Program-made: the position numbers and the translations under genes
NCBI GenBank assembly: GCA_963715885.1
Contig: CAVQSK010000029.1
Coordinates: forward strand, 18,401 to 82,400
DNA: 64,000 nt
From: an uncultured Actinomycetota bacterium
GTDB lineage: Bacteria; Actinomycetota; Actinomycetes; Mycobacteriales; Mycobacteriaceae
Reading direction: 5' to 3'
The notes under the pieces: model-generated
Told to the model about the DNA's origin: nothing
What the model saw: the letters and a program-made list of their open reading frames with translations, nothing else
Databases searched by the model: none
In this document: piece by piece, positions 8,902 to 19,128 of the stretch
How the letters are laid out: each line of letters starts with the position of its first letter
Position numbering within the stretch: the first letter of the stretch is position 1

Positions 8902-9019
8902 TGTGTAACCCCTCTTTGATCATTCGGAAGATGATCATGGCTGTGGGCCCTTCCGGGTCGCGCCGCCATGCGCGTGGAAAGTCGGTCCGGTCGAGCGGTT
9001 GCTCGAGTTGCCCCCAGTC

Positions 9020-9060
9020 AACACCCCTAGGGAGGGTGTGGTTACACCCTTAAGGAGGTA
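9020..9060. promoter_or_regulatory. Tandem 18-bp imperfect palindromes (pair 2)
   Basis: AACACCCCTAGGGAGGGT at 9020 and TACACCCTTAAGGAGGTA at 9043; same 23-bp spacing as pair 1. Confidence 0.6.
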
Positions 9061-9071
9061 CTTTGACGTGC

Positions 9072-9740
9072 ATGGCCTCCCGCGCGAAACGTCCGATCAC
9101 CGTGGCGCTCGTGGACGACTACGACGTGGTGCTGATGGGCGTGGCCAACATGTTCAATCAGTACCGCGACCGTGTGGTTGTCGCCGAGCTCGACTCGAAT
9201 GAGCCTCTCGAGGACCCCGTCGACATCGTTCTGTACGACTCTTTCGCCCAACCGGAATCGGATCACGAAGAAATCGCCGTTCTGGTCGCCAATCCGCGCG
9301 CACGCCGAGTCGTGGTGTACACGTGGAACTTTCACCCGGACCTTATCCGCAGCGCCCAGCAACATGGTGCGCACGGCTACATATCCAAGACGCTGCCTGC
9401 GCGAGAGTTGGTAACGGCACTGGAGGCGGTGCATGCCGGAGAGACGGTCATAAGTGATGTGCCGCCGCGGGCGCGCAGCGCCGTAGGACTCGATTGGCCG
9501 GGCCGAGGCGAGGGCCTCAGCGACCGAGAGTCAGAGATCCTGGCCCTCATCACCCAGGGCAAGAGTAATGCCGAGGTCGCGAAGCTGACATATCTCAGCC
9601 CTAACACCGTGAAGTCGTACATCCGATCGATTTACCGCAAGATCGGAGTCGGCAGCAGGACCCAGGCTGTCCTATGGGGTGTTAATCACGGCTTCACACC
9701 CGACCATCACCGCATCGAACATTGGCGGGGCGGTCCGTGA
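9072..9740 (+). CDS. NarL/LuxR-family response regulator
   Basis: Receiver domain VALVDD...LYD...GYISK plus LuxR HTH LSDRESEIL...SNAEVA...LSPNTVKSY. Confidence 0.9.
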   Translation: MASRAKRPITVALVDDYDVVLMGVANMFNQYRDRVVVAELDSNEPLEDPVDIVLYDSFAQPESDHEEIAVLVANPRARRVVVYTWNFHPDLIRSAQQHGAHGYISKTLPARELVTALEAVHAGETVISDVPPRARSAVGLDWPGRGEGLSDRESEILALITQGKSNAEVAKLTYLSPNTVKSYIRSIYRKIGVGSRTQAVLWGVNHGFTPDHHRIEHWRGGP

Positions 9741-9800
9741 GCGCTATCTTCAGCTACGCGCCGACGAGTTGACCTCGGTAGACGATCCTGTCCTGCGCGC

Positions 9801-10868
9801 TCAGGGCACACGACGCGATGAGATCAAACCCTCTGTCAGGTCGCGTCGCAGAAGATCGAGCATCGAGCGTCGACGCAAAGGTGGGCTGTCGGTGTGAATC
9901 CGGTGCGCGACGCCGTTCAGAAGATCTGCCAAGGCGTCCGTCGAGGACCATTGCGGATCCCAGCTGAGTTGGCCGCGGGCGCGGGAGCAATCCAATAGAG
10001 GCACGGTAAACGCCATGTCGAGCCAGCCGCGATCGATATGTTGCAGCCGTGCCCGCCAACTCAGATCTACGAGCGTTCCAAGCAGACCGGACGGGATGTG
10101 GACGGGCCGCGCGTCGAGCGCGTCTGCTACATCGTCTCGTCCGACCGGCGGTTCGGCGGCGAGGTTGAACGGGCCCGAGGCGCGCCTATCAATCACGCGC
10201 GAAATCGCGTCGGCGACATCATCAGCATGAATGAGCGGAATACATAGGCGCCGATCAAGCGGCAGAAGCGGCAGCCGCGGAACTAGTTGCATCGGTAAGT
10301 ATCCCGGCAGTCCGTACCGCATCAGCCCGCTGGCCGCGGCTCGCTGCAGGATAAAGCCGGGACGCATCCGGGCGATCGGAACGGCCGCGCTTCCGAGCCG
10401 CTGTTCGTATTCGTCGAGAATCGCTTCCGCTGCTGACTTGTCGCGGCTGTACGGCGAGGATTGGATTCCTGTCGTCGGCCAAGATTCATCCACCCGCTTG
10501 CCATAACTTCCGGCGGCATAGGTTCCCACCGAGGACATATGAACCAGCTGACCGACGCTGCTGGCATGAGCAGCCTGGAGCACTGCGGAGGTGCCACCTA
10601 CGCCCAGACGAGTCAGATAACGCGTGTCACGGGTGGGTTGAAACCCCCACGCGAGATGCACGACGACGTCGGCGCCGTCAAACACCCGATGCAATTCAGC
10701 GATGGCATCGTCCTCAGCGAGGTCGAGTGAGCACCAGCTGGCCCGCTGGTAGACACCCTTCTGCATAGGTGGCCGGCGTACTACTCCGACGACTTGGTGC
10801 TCGGCGGGGAGCGCGCCGAGCAGCGCGGTTCCAACGTTGCCACTCGCTCCGGTGATCACGACGCGCAT
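9801..10868 (-). CDS. NAD-dependent epimerase/dehydratase
   Basis: ITGASGNVG, HLAW, SSVGTY, YSRDK. Confidence 0.88.
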   Translation of the reverse strand: MRVVITGASGNVGTALLGALPAEHQVVGVVRRPPMQKGVYQRASWCSLDLAEDDAIAELHRVFDGADVVVHLAWGFQPTRDTRYLTRLGVGGTSAVLQAAHASSVGQLVHMSSVGTYAAGSYGKRVDESWPTTGIQSSPYSRDKSAAEAILDEYEQRLGSAAVPIARMRPGFILQRAAASGLMRYGLPGYLPMQLVPRLPLLPLDRRLCIPLIHADDVADAISRVIDRRASGPFNLAAEPPVGRDDVADALDARPVHIPSGLLGTLVDLSWRARLQHIDRGWLDMAFTVPLLDCSRARGQLSWDPQWSSTDALADLLNGVAHRIHTDSPPLRRRSMLDLLRRDLTEGLISSRRVP

Positions 10869-10895
10869 GGATGTGCCTCCCTGCAGTGACTGAAG

Positions 10896-11042
10896 CTAGC
10901 TCGGTGGATCGTTGGCGGCGTTTTCGGCCGCCTGCGTTGAACCGGTCGGATGGTCGGTGTCGCGGGGGCCGCCGCTGTCCGGTTCGCTGGTCTCGGCCCG
11001 GGTAATGCCGGCGTTGCGTTCGTCCCGATCATCGATGGCCAT
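10896..11042 (-). CDS. Small hydrophilic hypothetical protein (48 aa)
   Basis: MAIDDRDERNAGITRAETSEPDSGGPRDTDHPTGSTQAAENAANDPPS with a GAGAGGGG RBS; sits between co-oriented genes. Confidence 0.55.
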   Translation of the reverse strand: MAIDDRDERNAGITRAETSEPDSGGPRDTDHPTGSTQAAENAANDPPS

Positions 11043-11162
11043 GTCGGCCCCTCTCGCTCAACGATCCTTCTGGCGATGCCGAAATCTCTTGCGGCTTCCG
11101 AACATTCACGCGGCAGAACAACGGGTGGGTGACGTCATCGACGCCAACCCACCCGACTGCAC

Positions 11163-12104
11163 TCATTTGGTCACTGCGCCGTTGGTCGCGATCTCGACCT
11201 CTGCGGTGGCCTGAATGAGAGCCAACAGCTCCTTGTCCAAACCCGGCGAGAACTCTTCGCGCCGCTCCGGTGAAATTGTCATCGGAAACCCTTCGGGCAT
11301 CACGGCGGTGCTCAGCTCGGTTCCGTCGTTCGACGGCGATGCACCTCGATAGAGCTTGTCCGCCTGGCTTTCGTCATCAGCACTGAAGGTGTACTGGATG
11401 CTCTGCAGGCCCATGTCGAGGAGCTTCTTGACCTCGGGGAACTGCGCGGCATTCGTCTTGGGGATCGGCAGCGCCGCACCCCAGTTCACCCCGAGGCTCT
11501 CCAGAGCCTTGGCGAACGCATTCTCATGAGCCTGATCGCGAACGATCAGATAGGCGATCGTAGAACGGGCTGTCTTATTGTCTGTCATCTCGTAGATCCG
11601 GCACTTCTGCAGCCGCCCGGTCGACTCCAACATGAGGTTGTACAACAGGTCAAGCACGAGGTTTCCGCTGTTGTACACGTAAGACCCGCTCCACGGGTTT
11701 CCGGCCGCATCGACCGGCAGAGCTCCCTGCGCTCCAACCAGATAGTGGTGAATGTTGCCGGTGTCCAAAGCAATTTTCAGCGGCGTCGCGCCCTTGGCAC
11801 CCGGCTTGTCAACCGAATCGGTCTTCCTGCCCTTGTACTCAGGTGACCCGTCCAGCAGGCGGGAGATGGTCGTGCCGATCAGTTCCACATGGCTGATCTC
11901 TTCGGTGCCGACGCCCTGCAGTAGATCTTTGTACGGCTTGGACGTCTTGTCGCCGCGAAAGTTCATGCTCTGGAACAGGTACTGCATCATCGTCCGCATT
12001 TCACCGAACTGGCCGCCCAGGCCTTCCTGCAGTGCGTTGGCAGCGGCGGGATCCGGTTCGTCGACGACGATCTCGTTGATGAGTTGCTGGGTGTGTAGGT
12101 ACAT
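11163..12104 (-). CDS. Manganese catalase family protein
   Basis: GGQFGEMRTMMQY, GTEEISHVE, AESTGR-like LESTGRLQ, RDQAHENAF metal ligands. Confidence 0.92.
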   Translation of the reverse strand: MYLHTQQLINEIVVDEPDPAAANALQEGLGGQFGEMRTMMQYLFQSMNFRGDKTSKPYKDLLQGVGTEEISHVELIGTTISRLLDGSPEYKGRKTDSVDKPGAKGATPLKIALDTGNIHHYLVGAQGALPVDAAGNPWSGSYVYNSGNLVLDLLYNLMLESTGRLQKCRIYEMTDNKTARSTIAYLIVRDQAHENAFAKALESLGVNWGAALPIPKTNAAQFPEVKKLLDMGLQSIQYTFSADDESQADKLYRGASPSNDGTELSTAVMPEGFPMTISPERREEFSPGLDKELLALIQATAEVEIATNGAVTK

Positions 12105-12167
12105 GATTCTCCTTAGTGAGCTTGGCTTGTCCGCGCCCCGTCAATCGGCACACTGGTCGTCTGACTG

Positions 12168-12450
12168 TCAGCGGACCGGGGCCGTTTGGTGTGCTGTGTG
12201 TGTCCTGCTATCTGTGCCGACGGGTTGGCCGGTGTCATCGCGAGTGCGGCCCAGCGCGGCGCCGAGTGCGATCATCGCGACCGCGAGCCCCAGATGCAGG
12301 CAGTTGTCGGCGTTGTCGACGGGAACGAAGTTGGCCCCGGAACGAAGCCGCGCAGGCCGACGGCCAGAAAAACTACGCCAACTGCGAGGGCTGCCTTTTG
12401 GACCGGCGTCCCGAAGTTGAACGTGGATCCGGGGATGTAGGCACAATGAG
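12168..12450 (-). pseudogene. DUF4383-like membrane protein remnant with internal deletion
   Basis: N-terminal TPVQKAALAVGVVFLAVGLRGFVPG joined out of frame to C-terminal ANFVPVDNADNCLHLGLAVAMIALG. Confidence 0.6.
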
Positions 12451-12594
12451 TTGCTGTCAAATTGAATCGCTTCCAGTTGTGGTTTACCGACGGTGCTCCG
12501 CGGTCTGGAAGCGAACGGCTCCGGTGTGATACCCGTGCTGTGGCCATGCAAACGTCGGCGTACGGAGCTGGTTCTCCACCCTCGTCACAAGAGT

Positions 12595-12620
12595 GATTGC
12601 CTCGTGGGCCGCTCGGGTAG
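12595..12620 (+). promoter_or_regulatory. SigF-type promoter candidate
   Basis: GATT-N16-GGGTAG upstream of the SDR. Confidence 0.4.
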
Positions 12621-12757
12621 TCGATATCACGGTGCATCCTGCGCCGACCCAGTGCCGTCAACGCCGAAAGGGCGAACGAACCTCAATGACTATCAATGAC
12701 ACCAGTACTGGAGCCGTCAGCCGCCGCATGAGGGTGGTTTGGTCGAAAGGAAGATTA

Positions 12758-13597
12758 ATGGGGTTTCCAAAGCAGCAGCAAGAGGTCCCGGGCGTGCAGT
12801 CGGCTATGAGTCCCGTTCCGGACTGCGGCGAGAACAGCTACCGCGGCTCGGATCGGATGGCAGGCAAGCGCGCGGTGATCACAGGAGGCGACAGCGGTAT
12901 CGGTCGTGCCGTGGCCATCGCCTATGCCCGCGAAGGCGCCGATGTGTTGATCGCCTATCTCAACGAAGACGAGGACGCCGCGGAGGTGGCGCGCCTCGTT
13001 CAGGACGCCGGGCGCAAGTGTGTACTGGTACGCGGCGACCTGGCCGAGCCGGCTCATTGCCGAGCGGTAATCGACCGTGCCGCTACCGAATTCGGCGGGA
13101 TCGATGTGCTGGTGAGCAACGCGGCGTTCCAGATGTCGCACAGTGACCTCGAGGAGATCAGCGACGAAGAGTGGGACTACACGTTCCGGCTCAACGTCGG
13201 AGCTTACTTCTACTTGGTCAAGGCCGCCTTGCCGCATATGGGTCCTGGATCGTCGGTGATCGGCAGTTCGTCGGTGAACTCCGACATGCCCTCCCCGACG
13301 CTGGCGCCATACGCGGCGACCAAGGCTGCGATCTCCAACTTTTCGGCCAGCCTGGCCCAACTGTTGGGGGAGAAGGGCATTCGGGTGAACAGCGTCGCAC
13401 CGGGCCCGATCTGGACTCCGCTGATTCCGGCCACCATGCCCGAGGAAAAGGTCGCCAATTTCGGTGACGACACACCGCTGGGCCGAGCGGGCCAACCCGC
13501 CGAGCTTGCGCCCGTGTACGTATTGCTGGCCGCCGACGAAGGCAGTTACATCTCCGGTGCGCGGGTGGCGGTCACCGGCGGCCGACCCGTTTTGTGA
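12758..13597 (+). CDS. SDR oxidoreductase (YdaD/general stress protein 39 type)
   Basis: TGGDSGIGRA, NAA, YAATK, VAPGPIWTPL; AAAGGAAG RBS. Confidence 0.9.
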   Translation: MGFPKQQQEVPGVQSAMSPVPDCGENSYRGSDRMAGKRAVITGGDSGIGRAVAIAYAREGADVLIAYLNEDEDAAEVARLVQDAGRKCVLVRGDLAEPAHCRAVIDRAATEFGGIDVLVSNAAFQMSHSDLEEISDEEWDYTFRLNVGAYFYLVKAALPHMGPGSSVIGSSSVNSDMPSPTLAPYAATKAAISNFSASLAQLLGEKGIRVNSVAPGPIWTPLIPATMPEEKVANFGDDTPLGRAGQPAELAPVYVLLAADEGSYISGARVAVTGGRPVL

Positions 13598-13841
13598 GCG
13601 CCGGCGATTGTCATCGCAGGGTCAGGGACAGGACCGCGCGATTGAGCCGTCGGCGCGGCCAGCCGGTGATGCCCACGCTGCGGAGTACCGCACGCGCGGC
13701 GTTGCGACCGCACACGCTGAGAGTGTCAACCATCGCTGAAATACCCACTGGGCGGTCTGCAACTCGTGAGGCTGCACACCCCTGGTGGGTAGAGAAAAGG
13801 GTAGACGCGTCCTCATAACCACACAGCTCGACAAGTCACCC

Positions 13842-16049
<2,208 letters not shown>

Positions 16050-16114
16050 GGTGTTCTCTCCTGAAGTGTTTGAGCGGATAGAACGGGGGTCTCGAACGAT
16101 GAGTTACGCGGGCA

Positions 16115-16140
16115 TTACCCCGTGAGGCGGTTGGCTAATC
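16115..16140 (-). promoter_or_regulatory. SigF-type promoter candidate for glgX
   Basis: Minus strand GATT-N16-GGGTAA. Confidence 0.5.
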
Positions 16141-16283
16141 GAGTGGCTCGAGAGCGCGTACCACGTACTGCGCTGGGGGCGGGAGGACGGCGGCCCAACA
16201 ACGATGGGCACATGTTGGCGCTCTCGAGCCTGGGCCTTTTCGCGCCAACACCTACGTCAACAAACCCCGCCCAGGCCTAGCGG

Positions 16284-17744
16284 CTATGGCAGCACGCTTT
16301 TCATCAACATCACGTTGTATGCGGACCACAGCGACAGATTGAAGTACAGCTCTTTGCCCGTCGACCAGGGATGGAGATACGGCGCGTAGATGCCGCCGGG
16401 GAACTGCGCTGACGGCACGAGCAATTGCTCTGGACTCCACGGTCCTTGCGGAGCCGGCGCAGTCCTTGCCACGACGTCGTTGGCACCGTTGCCGTAAAGC
16501 ACCAGGTATTGCTTGAGATAGGTGTTGTATTGGGCCGACATCTCTCCGACCGGGCCCGGGATGACCGGCGTGGCGGCCGCCGGATTGTTCGGGACCCAGG
16601 AATTCTGAGAGGAGCTCCAATACTCGTACTTGGTGAGGTCCGGAACGGAACCCGGGGGGACCCGCGACACAAACGCCGGACCGCCGCGCCCCGGCGGTGT
16701 CCCGAACGAGTAGAGATAGGGGTCGCCGGGCCCAGGCCGAAGGAACGCCCCCTGCTGGAAGTTCTCGTTTCCCGGAACGTACGGGACTCCCGCAATGCCG
16801 TCCGGCGCAGGCGTGCGGACGGTTCCGGGGTAGGTCCCCCAGTGCTCGCCGTTATCAGGGGACACTGCAATTGCCGAGAAGTTCGTCGTCCATCGGCCGT
16901 CGCTGTCCCAGTTCTTGATGGACATGACGTTGACGTATTGGGTTTTACCGACGGAGATGCCGGCGGTCGGAATGATTCCCTTCTCCGTTGGCGCCCACTT
17001 GATGCTGTTGATGATCTGCTTGGAAAGGCCAGGCGCCCATACGGGTGAGCCGGAGTATCTGTTGGAGACCGCGCCATTCGGCACGGAGATTGTTTTGGCC
17101 AGAGAACCGTCTTGGCTGCGGAACAACGTGTTGTACCGCCATTGCTGGCCGCGGACGCTGCAATAGCCGTACGTGTCGCCGAAAGCCATCAGCACCTGAC
17201 GGTTGACGGGATCGCCGTTGTCCCACATGATCCCGAGGTCGGTCCCGGTGATGGCGAAACGTCGGATGGTGTCGTTTGGGCTGTCCGGTCCGGTCACCCA
17301 GCCGACCACCGATGTTCCAGGCGGCGGGGCTGCGGCAGGCACCGGCGGCGGCGCAGCTGCGGCTGCAGCCGGAACCTGCGCGGTTGCGTTTGGGGGCGGT
17401 GGGTTGCCCGTGCCGGGAGGTATGGGAGAAGGCATCACCCCCGCTTGCTGTTGCACCCGCGCGGAGCGTGGAGATAGCGCGTTGAGGATGGCCAACGGCA
17501 GCTGACCCAGCCTGGGTAGCGGCGCGCGTTCATTCGTGTTGGGAGGTCTGTGCCCTGTCGGTAGGCCGCCGGACGACGAGGGCAAGGACGGAGTGGGCGG
17601 CGGAGCCGCAGGGGGTTGGGCAGCGGCGGCAGCACCTGTGCAGGGCTCTGCGAACGCTGGTGGCGCGACACCGATTGCAACGCTGAGTCCGATAGCGGCC
17701 GCCGACGCCACCGATATCGATGCGATTCGAGGACGCGGCGGCAT
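16284..17744 (-). CDS. Secreted DUF4185 protein (D-arabinanase-like family) with Pro-rich linker
   Basis: Signal peptide, Pro/Ala-rich stretch, ITGTDLGIMWD, FGDT, GEMS, YAPYLHP. Confidence 0.85.
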   Translation of the reverse strand: MPPRPRIASISVASAAAIGLSVAIGVAPPAFAEPCTGAAAAAQPPAAPPPTPSLPSSSGGLPTGHRPPNTNERAPLPRLGQLPLAILNALSPRSARVQQQAGVMPSPIPPGTGNPPPPNATAQVPAAAAAAPPPVPAAAPPPGTSVVGWVTGPDSPNDTIRRFAITGTDLGIMWDNGDPVNRQVLMAFGDTYGYCSVRGQQWRYNTLFRSQDGSLAKTISVPNGAVSNRYSGSPVWAPGLSKQIINSIKWAPTEKGIIPTAGISVGKTQYVNVMSIKNWDSDGRWTTNFSAIAVSPDNGEHWGTYPGTVRTPAPDGIAGVPYVPGNENFQQGAFLRPGPGDPYLYSFGTPPGRGGPAFVSRVPPGSVPDLTKYEYWSSSQNSWVPNNPAAATPVIPGPVGEMSAQYNTYLKQYLVLYGNGANDVVARTAPAPQGPWSPEQLLVPSAQFPGGIYAPYLHPWSTGKELYFNLSLWSAYNVMLMKSVLP

Positions 17745-18125
17745 GTCACACCTTTCCAGGGGCGGACGTCGCGTTGACGTCGGCAGTTTGGCTGATGTGA
17801 CGATAGTGATTTGTGTGACTTTTGTGATCAGTGATCCATTGATAGGTATCCATCCGTGACCGTGTCGCAACCCATCTGGTTCACTGCCGCTCGGCTCCGG
17901 GGCGCCGCCCGGTCGGGTGGAGCCCGTCCTCGCCGGCCCTGCTGCGTCAGTCCGCGACTGGTGGTCGCAATCGTCGACCTCCATGAACGTTCGACGCGCA
18001 CATCCTCGAAATCTGTGCCGTTCCAATCGGCTTCGCACCAACAAGACCCGCGCAGCTGAAACCCAAATCCGCCCGGCCTGCCGGTCATGAAACGCCGCTT
18101 CGCTGTCGCCAGCGGCGGCGTCGGT

Positions 18126-18986
18126 CTACCGCTTGATCGCAGTCACCAGCAGGTATTCGGCCTGGTAGGCGGTGCTGCTCTGCCCGGTTGCGGTGTTCCA
18201 GTTCTCGAGCAGAGTCAGGAAGTCGCGGTCCAGCTCTGCCACTCGCTCAGGCCTGTCCTCGTTGAACCGGTAGGCCGCGATAACGGGCCCGTAGTTTCGC
18301 TTCCAGTACTCGCGGAACTCAAGCGGACTGGCGCAGTGGTCGATCAGGACCGTCTCGCGGCGGGTCGTCAGCCCGGTTACCTTGTCGGCGAACAGTTCTC
18401 GGACATGATCCCCGTCGCCCCACAGCGGCGGGGGACTGGCGCCGACTGGGGGCGCGGGCGCGTATGGCTTCATCGTCGCGAACAGGTTGCCGATAAGACC
18501 TTCTGGCGTCCAATTGATCATTGCGATCGTTCCGCCGGGCCGGACCACCCGGATCAACTCGTCGGCGGTCACCTGGTGATGCGGTGCGAACATCGCCCCG
18601 ACGCACGACATCACGACGTCGAAGCTGTTGTCGGCGAACGGCATTGCTTCCGCGTCCGCCTCGACCCAGTCCAGCTCGGCGCCGCGCTCGGCGGCGACGG
18701 CGCGGCCGGCCTCGAAGAGCTCGGGCGTCAGGTCGCTCGCGGTCACTATTGCGCCCGCCTCAGCCGCTGGGATGGCGGCGTTGCCGGATCCGGCGGCGAC
18801 GTCCAGGACACGCTGTCCGGTTCGGACGTCACAGGCCCTGACCAACCGTGGCCCGAGCTCGGGGATCAACTCCGCGGCCACGGCCGGGTAATCGCCCGAC
18901 GCCCATAGCGCGCGGTGTTTGGCTTTGAGCTGGCGGTCGGCTTCCTGTTGAGTCGGCGACAGCGCGCTGACATGTGCAGTGCTCAT
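18126..18986 (-). CDS. Class I SAM-dependent methyltransferase
   Basis: KHRALWASGDY, VLDVAAGSG, DAEAMPF, GAMFAP. Confidence 0.9.
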   Translation of the reverse strand: MSTAHVSALSPTQQEADRQLKAKHRALWASGDYPAVAAELIPELGPRLVRACDVRTGQRVLDVAAGSGNAAIPAAEAGAIVTASDLTPELFEAGRAVAAERGAELDWVEADAEAMPFADNSFDVVMSCVGAMFAPHHQVTADELIRVVRPGGTIAMINWTPEGLIGNLFATMKPYAPAPPVGASPPPLWGDGDHVRELFADKVTGLTTRRETVLIDHCASPLEFREYWKRNYGPVIAAYRFNEDRPERVAELDRDFLTLLENWNTATGQSSTAYQAEYLLVTAIKR

Positions 18987-19071
18987 CGATGTACTCCTCG
19001 AATCTCTCGGTGATGTGCGACGGGGCGGGTGCCCGGCTGCAGCAACGATCAGGGATCGAGGGGTTGGCCGA

Positions 19072-19090
19072 CATCGGGAAGAGCTACCTA
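19072..19090 (-). promoter_or_regulatory. Candidate LuxR box upstream of the methyltransferase
   Basis: Minus strand TAGGTAGCTCTTCCCGATG, 15/19 identical to 21822-21840. Confidence 0.6.
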
Positions 19091-19128
19091 CATTGCCGAC
19101 GACGGCCCGTCGGACCTTGGTGAATGCT

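Noticed and set aside
17300-17660. Pro/Ala-rich region as a PE/PPE-PGRS gene or tandem repeat
   Set aside because: It is a low-complexity linker of the DUF4185 protein with no PE/PPE domain
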